From: an uncultured Thermococci archaeon
GTDB taxonomy: Archaea > CAYQAE01 > CAYVLA01
DNA length: 11,491 nt
Assembly (NCBI GenBank): GCA_964549615.1
Contig: CAZJVP010000102.1
Coordinates: 1-11,491, forward strand
Reading direction: 5' to 3'
A program made the position numbers and the translations under genes. Positions 1 through 7,895 of the stretch are shown in pieces. The notes below the pieces were generated by a model. That model was not told the DNA's origin, did not search any database, and was given only the letters and a program-made list of their open reading frames with translations. Position 1 is the stretch's first letter. Each line of letters begins with the position of its first letter.

Positions 1-813
1 CTCCAGGTAGTTCTCCACGTGGTAGCGCTGTTGAAGCTCCCAGTAGCCGATCGGCCAGTCGCAGGGGTTGGTGAAGCGTACGGTTTGGTTCTCCTCGTTA
101 AGGGACTGGATCCAATGCACCGAACAGGTCCATGAGTGGTAGAGGAAGACGTTCACGTCTTCTAGGTTGTCCCATCTCTTGATATCGCCCTCCTGGTAGC
201 GGAAACCGATCTTGTAGTTGACGTCGCCCTGCGCCTTGTTGCGGTCAAGAAGCGGTAGCAGCGTGCTCGCGACCCGGAAGTACCCCTCGTTCGGCGTGCG
301 AGCCCGGGTCTGTCTCTTGCCGTTCGCGAAGAGTTGGGAAAAGTACCATTCCCCGCTTTCCACCTCTGGGATCTTGACGGTCCAGATTTGTCCCTCTCCC
401 TTCGTCCAGCCCCTGATGATGCTCCCGCCGGAGAACACCGGTCGCTCGCCCGGGTACGCTGCGTAGGTCACCGGCGATCGCTCCGAGCCGCCGTCCTCGT
501 GTGTGAACACGAGCGGCTTGTCCAACTCGTACACGCCTCCGCGAATCAGCACGGTTACCGGGACGTCCTCCCTGCTGCGCGCCTCGCGCACCGCCTCTTG
601 TGCCCGGGCTACCGTGGCGAAGGGTCCGTCGGTGCGCTGAGGATTCGGCGAATCGGCCCTCCCCGACCAGGAGTCGTTGCCCTCTGTGGACACGTAGAAG
701 ACCAGCCCTCCGGGCTGCGCCAACGTGCAGAAGACGGCCTGAATGGCAAACAGCAGCGCAATCAGCGCGGCCGACGCCCCCAATCCGCAAGCAAGGATCC
801 CAAGGCTTTCCAT
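1..813 (-). CDS. Secreted right-handed beta-helix protein, GH141-like glycoside hydrolase (runs off the left edge, 3' partial)
   Basis: Hand translation from ATG 813 is open for 271 codons to position 1: MESLGILACGLGASAALIALLFAIQAVFCTLAQPGGLVFYVSTEGNDSWSG...DGPFATVARAQEAVR...VLIRGGVYELDKPLVF...PVTYAAYPGERPVFSGG...QLFANGKRQTRARTPN...HSW...RYHVENYLE. It has a hydrophobic signal peptide plus FYVSxxGNDxWSG/DGPFAT and GExPVxSGG motifs typical of DUF1565/GH141-type beta-helix enzymes. GGGAG lies 8 nt upstream. It is absent from the ORF track because there is no stop in the window. Confidence 0.85.
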   Translation of the reverse strand, partial: MESLGILACGLGASAALIALLFAIQAVFCTLAQPGGLVFYVSTEGNDSWSGRADSPNPQRTDGPFATVARAQEAVREARSREDVPVTVLIRGGVYELDKPLVFTHEDGGSERSPVTYAAYPGERPVFSGGSIIRGWTKGEGQIWTVKIPEVESGEWYFSQLFANGKRQTRARTPNEGYFRVASTLLPLLDRNKAQGDVNYKIGFRYQEGDIKRWDNLEDVNVFLYHSWTCSVHWIQSLNEENQTVRFTNPCDWPIGYWELQQRYHVENYLE

Positions 814-1172
814 GCTGAGCGCTCCCTAGGATGTTACCCGCTCGTCAAACGGCAGCGCGGCTGTTTGCCGAGCTTAACCATTCGGTGAAAGGTTGCTTGA
901 AAAAGTATCGTCGAGCATGGGCATGGGCCATGAAGGCAGAGCGCCGGGCGCAATCCCTCCTGGCAGGCAGGGGCTAGGCCGCGGCATCCGAAATCTGCGT
1001 CAGGGTTTGCTGATCCTAGTCGGGATGGGTCCGGATGGCCTGTTCCACGGGATCGTCAAGGAGGGCTTTGTACAGCCTATCAACCGCGGTTGGGTCCGTC
1101 TGGGTTAAGTCAAGGCGAGATCCAACAGCACGGGCATGGTCATCCCGCGCAAGCCGGAGCCGAGCAACATAG

Positions 1173-1180
1173 TTTAATAA
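1173..1180 (+). promoter_or_regulatory. Archaeal TATA-box candidate
   Basis: TTTAATAA in a GC-rich background, ending 28 nt before ATG 1209. This spacing fits a short-leader or leaderless transcript. Confidence 0.6.
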
Positions 1181-1208
1181 CGGGGAAGACAGGACAGTAC
1201 GGGTCGCG

Positions 1209-2447
1209 ATGGGGCGTTGGATTTCCTTCGTTATGCTGCTGGGAGCCGTTCTGGCTCTGCCAGCTGGACTGGGAAAGTACGATCCTGAATCGCTGCGGAT
1301 AAGGGCGTTCTGCATCGGCGAGTCGTACTATCCCGAAACCTCCTACCCACTCTTGGTAAAGGGCGATCCTCGCATATTCTACGTGCCCATACCGGCCAAC
1401 ATAGCTGAGGGAACCTTTGCACAGGTTGCGGGCGGAGGCGGGGAGGAGGCGGCGAGGAAGTTCATGAGGCTGTACCTTCCTCGGACCTACGATCAGCTCA
1501 TCTCCTCATACGATGTGGCCATCTTGTCCGACTTCGAGGCGTGGCTCGTTCCGAACCAGCAGTTCGTGTGGATGAGGCGGGCCATCGAAGAGGAGGGACT
1601 GGGGCTTGCCAAGTATGAGATCAACTGGGATACCGGGGGCTACTATATCCGGGCCTCTGAGTTCATAGACTTGTGGATCGCCAGCCCGCTTTTCGACGCC
1701 TTCCCGGCGGAGTTCGTCAAGGGGAAGCAGGTGAAGTTTTCCAGCGGCATAATCCCGACCAAGGGAAACCCTGTGACGGACCTCCCAGGGATTGAGAAGT
1801 ACGACCTTTTGACCTCGGGTAGCTACGGCATAGAGACCCCCAGGGAGGGCGCGGAGATCCTCGCGATATTCCGGAACGACCCCGACAGGAACCCGGCCAT
1901 GATAAGCCGGATGTTCGGGAGGGGGATGTCCCTCTCGGTCCTGCCCGGCCTGGACAAGGTCGATGGGGTTGCATTGAAGGAGTACCCGTACTACGTCGAT
2001 TTCTGGATAAACCAGCTGTACTGGTCGGCCAACTTCCCCGTCCCGGAGGATGTTGAGCTGGTCAGCGCCGTGAGAAGGGAGATGGTCCGCTATGCCGAGT
2101 ACAAACCACTCGTGATGAGCGTGTTGGACTTCGTGGAGAAGTTCGGCGCTAGGGTCTCGGTCCTTGGCGAGGACATAGGCAAGTCCGACCAGACCAAGGC
2201 AGAGGCCGATCGCCTCTACATGGAGCAGAGGTACACCGAAAGCATGGACAAGCTGAATGAGGCGTACGCCATACTGACCACGATCTCGGGCAAGGCCGTG
2301 GAGCTGAAGGACAGGGCCCTTCTGTGGATCTACGTGATCGAGTGGTTCAGCGTGACGGGGGTTGCCATGCTGGCTGGTTTCGTGTTGTACAGCCTGATGA
2401 TAAAGCGCAGGCTCTACAGGGAGGTCAGTGTGACCAGGGCAGGATGA
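1209..2447 (+). CDS. Membrane-anchored extracellular protein with a class I glutamine amidotransferase-like domain, helical stalk and C-terminal TM helix (hypothetical)
   Basis: 412 aa with strong codon bias. N-terminal signal (MGRWISFVMLLGAVLALPAGLG); YDVAILSD...AIEEEGLGL and PAMISRMFGRGMSLS segments resemble GATase-like folds; amphipathic helical region; hydrophobic LLWIYVIEWFSVTGVAMLAGFVLYSLMI followed by basic KRR tail. Confidence 0.85.
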   Translation: MGRWISFVMLLGAVLALPAGLGKYDPESLRIRAFCIGESYYPETSYPLLVKGDPRIFYVPIPANIAEGTFAQVAGGGGEEAARKFMRLYLPRTYDQLISSYDVAILSDFEAWLVPNQQFVWMRRAIEEEGLGLAKYEINWDTGGYYIRASEFIDLWIASPLFDAFPAEFVKGKQVKFSSGIIPTKGNPVTDLPGIEKYDLLTSGSYGIETPREGAEILAIFRNDPDRNPAMISRMFGRGMSLSVLPGLDKVDGVALKEYPYYVDFWINQLYWSANFPVPEDVELVSAVRREMVRYAEYKPLVMSVLDFVEKFGARVSVLGEDIGKSDQTKAEADRLYMEQRYTESMDKLNEAYAILTTISGKAVELKDRALLWIYVIEWFSVTGVAMLAGFVLYSLMIKRRLYREVSVTRAG

Positions 2448-2710
2448 TGAACCCTCGCCTGCCCCGTGCGTTGGGCACCCGTCCCTGGGGCATACCATGT
2501 TGGACGGGCTGAGACTTGTCTTAAGGTTCTTGATCGATTTAGCGTGAGATGGTTGCAGCAGCTTTGCCCACATCATGGCCAGGGTCTCATGCCTCGGCCT
2601 TGCAGCGACCTCCTTACGTGGTGGGGCCGGACATCCGCGCCTCGCAGATGAGGAGTGGCTCGCACGGCGTCGCCAGGACTGTTTCCCAGCGTCCTGTGCC
2701 CGTTCATCGC

Positions 2711-4240
2711 TTACCTCTGGCCCTGGCCTTTCGCGTCAGCCCCTTTCGGCTGGGCGGCCTTTCGCCTGGCTATAGCCAGCGCGGTTCTGAACATGCTCAA
2801 GTCCTCCTTGGTCAGGGCGCCTAGGGCATATGTCAAGGCCGCATAGACAGCCAAGCCGACCGGAAACGCGATCACAAGGCGGAAAAGAGGCGTGGAAGGA
2901 AGGCTTAGGGCAAAGTAGACTGCAGGAGCCATGGCCACGCTTGCGATTATCGATTTGGCTGTGGGGGCCGACTCTACGCGGGCACCCGTGTGCCTCGTCA
3001 TCATGGCGACGGAGTAGGCCAGCCCCACGAACATCGAAACGACGTAGGCAAGCGCGATCCCCTCGATGCCTGCCGCTGCGCCCAGCACGGCCCCAGCGAT
3101 GAAAGCCGCGGCGCATACGATCGCGCTAGCATAGTTCACGAGGTGAGGTTTCCCTATGCCGGTCAGTATCGTGTTGGAGACGTTGTATATGGGCATGAAG
3201 AGAAGAAGCAGGGAGAGGATCTGCAACAACGCGGCGGCATCTAGGTACGCCGGAAGGAGGGATTCCAACAGCGGCCGCGACAGCAGGCAAAGGCCGATCG
3301 CCGCGGGCAGGCCAAGCATGATGAGCAGCTTGGTGATCTTGGTGCAGAAGAAGGCCAACGTGGCACTGTTGCTCTTGGACTCAAGCTCCGAGACATAGGG
3401 CATGACCACCACGCTCAGGATGCTTGCCACCACGAGCGCCGCGGAGACGATGTTGTAGATGCCCCTGAAGTACCCGATTGACACCACCCCGAGGCCAAAT
3501 GCCTTGATCAGGATCACCCCGATCCATGCAAAAAGTATCCCCAACAGGGTCGCACTGTAAACGGGGGCGGCGAACCTCATCTGCTCGCGCAGGCTGATCC
3601 CGGCGCCCGACGGCAGGCCGATGATGGGCAGTCCCCTCCTCCAAGCGAGGATGAATCCCACGAGCACGGCCAGGAGGCCCGCGAGCGCAAATGCAGCGAT
3701 GGGGGCCAGGTATTCCAATCCTGAGTAGATCATGGGGACGACGAGTGCCAGATATGCGATCCCGTAGATCGTGATCACCACGGCCCTCTCGCGCATCTGG
3801 AAATAAGCCTGGAACAGCGCCTGCACGAAGATGAGAAGCAGGTTGGAGAGCAAAAAGACGCTTGCGAGCCTGACTCCGGTTTCCACGGGCTCATCCAAAA
3901 GCTTGGCGATCCATGGTGAGAGCAGGAACATGGCGACGGTGGCGAGGATGGAGATTGCCGCCCTGATGAGGAGGAGGTACCTCGTCGTGTCGGCGGCGCG
4001 CGGAGGATCAGAGACGAGGTACTTTGGCACGAACCTCACCATGGTGCTTTCGATCCCCAGGTTTAGGATCGGCGAGAGGAGAGAGGGGACTATGAACACC
4101 AACTGGTAGAGGCCGTACTGCTCCGGCCCAAGCAGCCCCATGACCAGCACGCCTGCGATGTAGAGAAAGACCGAGGAGACGATAACCGATATGGCGGAAT
4201 AGGAGATGCCCACGACCAGCCTTTCGGCGTCCTCGCCCAT
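2711..4240 (-). CDS. Oligosaccharide flippase, Wzx/RfbX-like (MOP superfamily)
   Basis: 509-aa highly hydrophobic multi-TM protein with LLGPEQYGLYQL, NLGIESTMVRF, VVMPYVSEL and ILTGIGKP motifs typical of polysaccharide biosynthesis flippases. Confidence 0.9.
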   Translation of the reverse strand: MGEDAERLVVGISYSAISVIVSSVFLYIAGVLVMGLLGPEQYGLYQLVFIVPSLLSPILNLGIESTMVRFVPKYLVSDPPRAADTTRYLLLIRAAISILATVAMFLLSPWIAKLLDEPVETGVRLASVFLLSNLLLIFVQALFQAYFQMRERAVVITIYGIAYLALVVPMIYSGLEYLAPIAAFALAGLLAVLVGFILAWRRGLPIIGLPSGAGISLREQMRFAAPVYSATLLGILFAWIGVILIKAFGLGVVSIGYFRGIYNIVSAALVVASILSVVVMPYVSELESKSNSATLAFFCTKITKLLIMLGLPAAIGLCLLSRPLLESLLPAYLDAAALLQILSLLLLFMPIYNVSNTILTGIGKPHLVNYASAIVCAAAFIAGAVLGAAAGIEGIALAYVVSMFVGLAYSVAMMTRHTGARVESAPTAKSIIASVAMAPAVYFALSLPSTPLFRLVIAFPVGLAVYAALTYALGALTKEDLSMFRTALAIARRKAAQPKGADAKGQGQR

Positions 4241-4268
4241 TGAGAGTCCGTCCTGGGCGTGCGGGTCC

Positions 4269-4283
4269 TATGTTATGTGTTTC
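4269..4283 (-). promoter_or_regulatory. Possible BRE/TATA for the flippase gene
   Basis: Minus strand GAAACACATAACATA about 30 nt upstream of ATG 4240. Degenerate match only. Confidence 0.35.
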
Positions 4284-4337
4284 GTCGCTTTCCGGCGCGC
4301 GGTGGCGCCCCGTTCTTTGGGGGCAGGGGGGATCCTG

Positions 4338-4901
4338 CTACTTCTTGGAGGTGAAATGGTAGTCCCCGACCTTGGAACCCAGCGTCCAGTATTCGGAGTT
4401 CACGGGGCAGAAGACAAGCGGCCTGGCCTTGCTAACTTGGACTTGCCCGTCCTGCAGGACCTTCTCGTCGGCGTGGCAAGCGACAACCCTTGCAAGGTAA
4501 ACCTCATGCGCGCCGAGGGGCTTTATCTCGGTGACCTTGCACTCGATGTTCACGGGGCATTCGGCGATGAGCGGGCACTTAACCGCCTTCCCCCTCACGG
4601 GGGTCAGGCCGACCTCCTTGAACTTGTCATGGCCCTTGCCCGAGATTGCGCCGCACCTGTCAACCTTCTCCAACATGTCCTCCGTTGGGATGTTTATGAC
4701 GAACTCGCGGCTCTCCCTTATGAGCGCGGCCGAGTACCTGTGCGGCCTGACCGATATGCTCACCATGGGTGGATCCGAGCAGATGATTCCCGTCCAGGCT
4801 ATGGTTATGATGTTTGGCTTTGCGTCGATGTCCCCGCATGTCACAAGCACTACCGGGACCGGATAAAGCAGCGTCGAGGGCTGGATTTCCATCTTCGGCA
4901 T
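4338..4901 (-). CDS. Flavin reductase family protein (DIM6/NTAB, FMN-binding split barrel)
   Basis: Motifs LYPVPVVLVT, NIITIAW, PPMVSISVRP, EFVINIP, CGAISG..HDKF, PLIAECPVNIEC, GAHEVYLA. Start moved from 4976 to ATG 4901 (MPKMEIQP, 187 aa), which has GGTGG just upstream and an A-rich element at 4925-4940. Confidence 0.92.
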   Translation of the reverse strand: MPKMEIQPSTLLYPVPVVLVTCGDIDAKPNIITIAWTGIICSDPPMVSISVRPHRYSAALIRESREFVINIPTEDMLEKVDRCGAISGKGHDKFKEVGLTPVRGKAVKCPLIAECPVNIECKVTEIKPLGAHEVYLARVVACHADEKVLQDGQVQVSKARPLVFCPVNSEYWTLGSKVGDYHFTSKK

Positions 4902-5168
4902 GTGCCCACCGCGCAGGCCTCGGCTTTTCAGTTTTTTCTTCAGCGGGATGCCTGTTCTGCCCCCGAACTTTGGCATCGTTCACGTCCGGCCCGTGCTCAG
5001 GGGTCGGGCTCCCCGTTGCCTTGGTGGGTTCGAAGTGGATGGAGGAGACCGGCCGGACGCGGCTCCACCCTCGGGAATGCCCGAACCGGGGCCAGAGCCC
5101 TGCGAGAAGTCTTTTCACCACCCCGCTTGGTGGCAAACACCCGCCAGGCCGGGTTGCGACGGGCCGTC

Positions 5169-5179
5169 GGGGGGGGGGG
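5169..5179. repeat. G11 homopolymer within a G-tract cluster
   Basis: 11 consecutive G, with further GGG tracts at 5151, 5161, 5184 and 5195. Confidence 0.9.
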
Positions 5180-5204
5180 ACCTGGGCGCGGAACGGGTTG
5201 GCTG

Positions 5205-6197
5205 CTAAGTCTGCTGCGCCTTCGTGAAGGCGAAGTAGTAGACCACAATGCAGGCCGCTCCCGCGGCCGCTGAGATGAAGATCGTTCTGATCAGCTTGGC
5301 GTTCTTCGACCTTTCGCGTAGCTTCTCCGCTTCTTCCTTGATTCTTGCAAGGTCCCGCCTGCTCTCCTCGTAATGCTCTGAGGCCTTGGCCAGGGAGGTA
5401 GCGAACTTGCTCTCGGAGTTCCAGACCCAGCTCACGGCGTTTGTGAACAGCGTTCTGAACTCGGTGGTGTTGGTGAAGCGTCCATAGTAGTTGTATCCCG
5501 CCTCATAGTCGTCGGCACCGAAGGATGCGAAGGTCACCGAGACGCCCCGGTTGCGGTACTTGACGATCGAGGGCGCTCCGGTATTTTTCTCCCGGAAGAG
5601 AACCTTGTACTCCCCCACGGCCGGCCGCTTGGGGGCATAGAGGTTGGTTGTGGCGTTGAGGCTGAGGACTATCTTGTGGTCAGGGACGGTGAAATCCTGC
5701 AGTCCCTCTGATATCTCGTCATCCTCTTCCTTGGTGTGCGACATGCTGAACTTGCGGGTCTTGGGGTCCAACGTTCCGGCACGGTAGCCTGTGCCGAAGA
5801 TCGGAAACACCGTCTCCGAGACGTTCCCCGTCGCCGCCCTCGATCCGGCGAAGCCGAGCCCGACGAGCCCTCCCCCCTGTGAGAAGAACCACTCCAAGGC
5901 TAGGTCAAGACCGGACTGCTTGGTGTCGATGGGGAGGGTCACTACCGCCGCCTTGACGGTGGGGAAATAGAGCATGGTCCTGAAGAGGTCGAGCGACTGG
6001 ATGGTCTGGACCTCGGCCTCGACCCGTCCGTCTTGTTGTATCAGGTTTGCAAGCTCCAGGCCGTAGTTCGGGGCCGCGGGGCAGTATATGAGCAGGATTG
6101 GCCTTGGCCCGGCCGTCCAGCCGCAAGGCGATATGATGAGTACTATGAGAATCCCGTGGACTGTGGCCATTCCTGCTGACGGCCCCGGCCGATCCAT
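5205..6197 (-). CDS. Membrane-anchored extracellular protein with a ThuA/GATase-like domain, coiled coil and C-terminal TM (hypothetical)
   Basis: 330 aa. N-terminal hydrophobic stretch (GILIVLIISPCG); LALEWFFSQGGGLVGLG and FRTLFTNAVSWV resemble ThuA/class I GATase-like domains; charged coiled coil; TM (LIRTIFISAAAGAACIVVYYFAF). Alternative start ATG 6170. Starts 6 nt after the DegT stop. Confidence 0.85.
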   Translation of the reverse strand: MDRPGPSAGMATVHGILIVLIISPCGWTAGPRPILLIYCPAAPNYGLELANLIQQDGRVEAEVQTIQSLDLFRTMLYFPTVKAAVVTLPIDTKQSGLDLALEWFFSQGGGLVGLGFAGSRAATGNVSETVFPIFGTGYRAGTLDPKTRKFSMSHTKEEDDEISEGLQDFTVPDHKIVLSLNATTNLYAPKRPAVGEYKVLFREKNTGAPSIVKYRNRGVSVTFASFGADDYEAGYNYYGRFTNTTEFRTLFTNAVSWVWNSESKFATSLAKASEHYEESRRDLARIKEEAEKLRERSKNAKLIRTIFISAAAGAACIVVYYFAFTKAQQT

Positions 6198-6203
6198 GCT
6201 CTG

Positions 6204-7484
6204 TCAGGACCTCCGGTTCGATCTGGCATACTCGTCGATCTTTGCGAAGGCATGCACGATGTCGTCGATGTCCGAGTCGGTGAGGTTGTGGATGGTCCAT
6301 CCACCGCCGATCCAGAGGGCATCGCCGACGACCTTCTCTGTGACGGGGCAGAGGCCCTCCTCGTAGCGAGCGGAGCCGTCGTAGTAGCGGCACTCGTAGG
6401 GGCAGCGGCTTCCTCCGAAGCCGACCCTGTTCCGGAACAGCGGGTTGGAGTAGAGAGGTCGCGAATAGCCAAACCCTGCATAGAGCCCCTCAGCCGAGTA
6501 GGCTGCTTGAAGCTCGGCCCTCGTCATCCCCAGCTTCTCTTCATCGATCCGGAGGGCGAAGACGTGGTACACATGCTTGGCGTAAGGACGCTTCCTGGGA
6601 GGCGTCATCCACTCAAACCGTGAGAGCTCCCGGACAAGCCGGTCGCCGTTCCGGATCCTCCTCTCGGTGAAGCGGTCCAACATCTCCAGTTGAGCGAGCA
6701 GGACTGCACCGGCAAGCTCCGTCATTCTGAAGTTGTAGCCGAGCGTGAAGCTCTCGTACGTTCTTGCGGCCGAGGGTCCGAAAACCTCCCCGTGGTGTCG
6801 CATCTTCCTGCAGGCGTCCGCGAGCTTCTCGTCATCGGTTACGACGATTCCGCCTTCCCCACCGGTGATGTTCTTGCTTTGCTGGAACGAGAAGCAGCCC
6901 AGGTCGCCGATGCTGCCAACCTTCCTCCCCTTATATTCGGCGGCGTGGGCTTGGGCGCAATCCTCAACGACTGCGAGGTCGTGTTCCTGGGCTATCTCAA
7001 CGATCTCGTCCATCTCGGCCGGATGCCCAAAGAGGTGGACGGGCATTATGGCTTTCGTATTCTTGGTCAGCCGCCTTTTGACATCATCCGGATCCATGCA
7101 GAACGTGTCTGGCAGGATGTCGCAGAAGACGGGAATGGCATTGTTGTGCAGCACCGAGGTCGCACTCGCGATGAAGGTGTAGGCCGGGACTATCACTTCG
7201 CTTCCGGGCCCCACCCCGGCCGCTCCAAGGGCGACGTGCAGCGCAGAGGTTCCCGTGTCGGTGGCTATTGCGAACTCCTTTCCCACATACCGAGCGAACT
7301 TTTCCTCGAACTCGGCCACCTTCTTGCCGTCGATGGCGCAGAACTGCCTTGACTCGAGGACCTCCATGACAAGCTCCTTCTCCCGCGGCGCGACCGCGGG
7401 GAGGTTGTTGAGCCTCTGCGTCCTGACGGGCTTCCCTCCATGGATGGCGAGTTTCTGCAAGGAAATCGTTCTCCTGCGCGGCAT
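6204..7484 (-). CDS. DegT/DnrJ/EryC1/StrS family PLP-dependent aminotransferase
   Basis: Motifs KLAIHGGKPVR, GTSALH, EVIVPAYTFIASA, PVHLFG, EDCAQAH, SFQQSKNITGGEGG (PLP lysine), GYNFRMTEL. True start may be TTG 7460, which has AGGAG 10 nt upstream. Confidence 0.95.
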   Translation of the reverse strand: MPRRRTISLQKLAIHGGKPVRTQRLNNLPAVAPREKELVMEVLESRQFCAIDGKKVAEFEEKFARYVGKEFAIATDTGTSALHVALGAAGVGPGSEVIVPAYTFIASATSVLHNNAIPVFCDILPDTFCMDPDDVKRRLTKNTKAIMPVHLFGHPAEMDEIVEIAQEHDLAVVEDCAQAHAAEYKGRKVGSIGDLGCFSFQQSKNITGGEGGIVVTDDEKLADACRKMRHHGEVFGPSAARTYESFTLGYNFRMTELAGAVLLAQLEMLDRFTERRIRNGDRLVRELSRFEWMTPPRKRPYAKHVYHVFALRIDEEKLGMTRAELQAAYSAEGLYAGFGYSRPLYSNPLFRNRVGFGGSRCPYECRYYDGSARYEEGLCPVTEKVVGDALWIGGGWTIHNLTDSDIDDIVHAFAKIDEYARSNRRS

Positions 7485-7602
7485 TCGGCCTGGGATTGAA
7501 TAAGATTATGCTGAGGTTCCTGAATGCTGATCAGGTCGGTCCAGATCGTTCGAAGAGCTCAAGAACGCCTCGTTGGGGAAAATGCCAGCGATGGAAGGTC
7601 GT

Positions 7603-7761
7603 AACTCGCGCCGCGTCCTCGACGGGGATGATGCTCTTTCCGTTTCAGATCGAGGTCATCTGCGCGGCTCGGCCGTTGCTCGCCGCCTATTTCCGTCGCC
7701 CAGACCAGATGGCCAGTTCGTCCTGGTGGGGTTCGAGGCGTGGCCCGCGAACCCTCAGTTT
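7603..7761 (-). pseudogene. Possible decayed PIG-L/LmbE-family deacetylase N-terminal remnant
   Basis: Minus frame reads KLRVRGPRLEPHQDELAIWSGRRK*AASNGRAAQMTSI*NGKSIIPVEDAARV, with stops at 7689-7687 and 7647-7645. It resembles the PHPDD...KYAAxG...TNG...EEAAR pattern of the family. Confidence 0.3.
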
Positions 7762-7895
7762 TCACTAGGGAAGCAAAGTATCTGGGGCCGCGTCCGGGCC
7801 CATCTGAAGCCGCCCGCATTGTGAGGGTCGGTGGCAAGGGCGTCGCTCGGGCCGAACGCTGACCCTGTTCCAGATTCTCGAACCGGCCTGGGAGG

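Noticed and set aside
846-867. Hairpin CAAACGGC-N6-GCTGTTTG upstream of the GH141-like gene
   Set aside because: Single short imperfect stem with no supporting context.
218-888. ORFs 218..466, 245..790, 334..888 and 600..818
   Set aside because: Alternative-frame or antisense shadows of the real minus-strand gene 1..813.
1506-2576. 356-aa minus ORF
   Set aside because: Antisense shadow of 1209..2447, with no recognisable motifs.
2448-2710. Convergent spacer with hairpin CCCGTCC(2478-2484)/GGACGGG(2502-2508) and short ORFs
   Set aside because: No U-tract, a 7-bp GC stem is expected by chance, and the ORFs have no recognisable features.
4902-4976. N-terminal 25-aa extension of the flavin reductase
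   Set aside because: It translates the A-rich promoter-like region (KKKLK). Family similarity and an SD-like motif favour ATG 4901.
5140-5165. CCGCCAGGCC resembling SRP RNA helix 8
   Set aside because: It lacks the GGAA tetraloop and AGCA of the conserved motif.
4206-5273. 355-aa plus ORF and other overlapping ORFs (4531, 4660, 4814, 4900, 4997)
   Set aside because: Shadows of the flavin reductase plus GC-rich spacer; low-complexity R/G/P composition.
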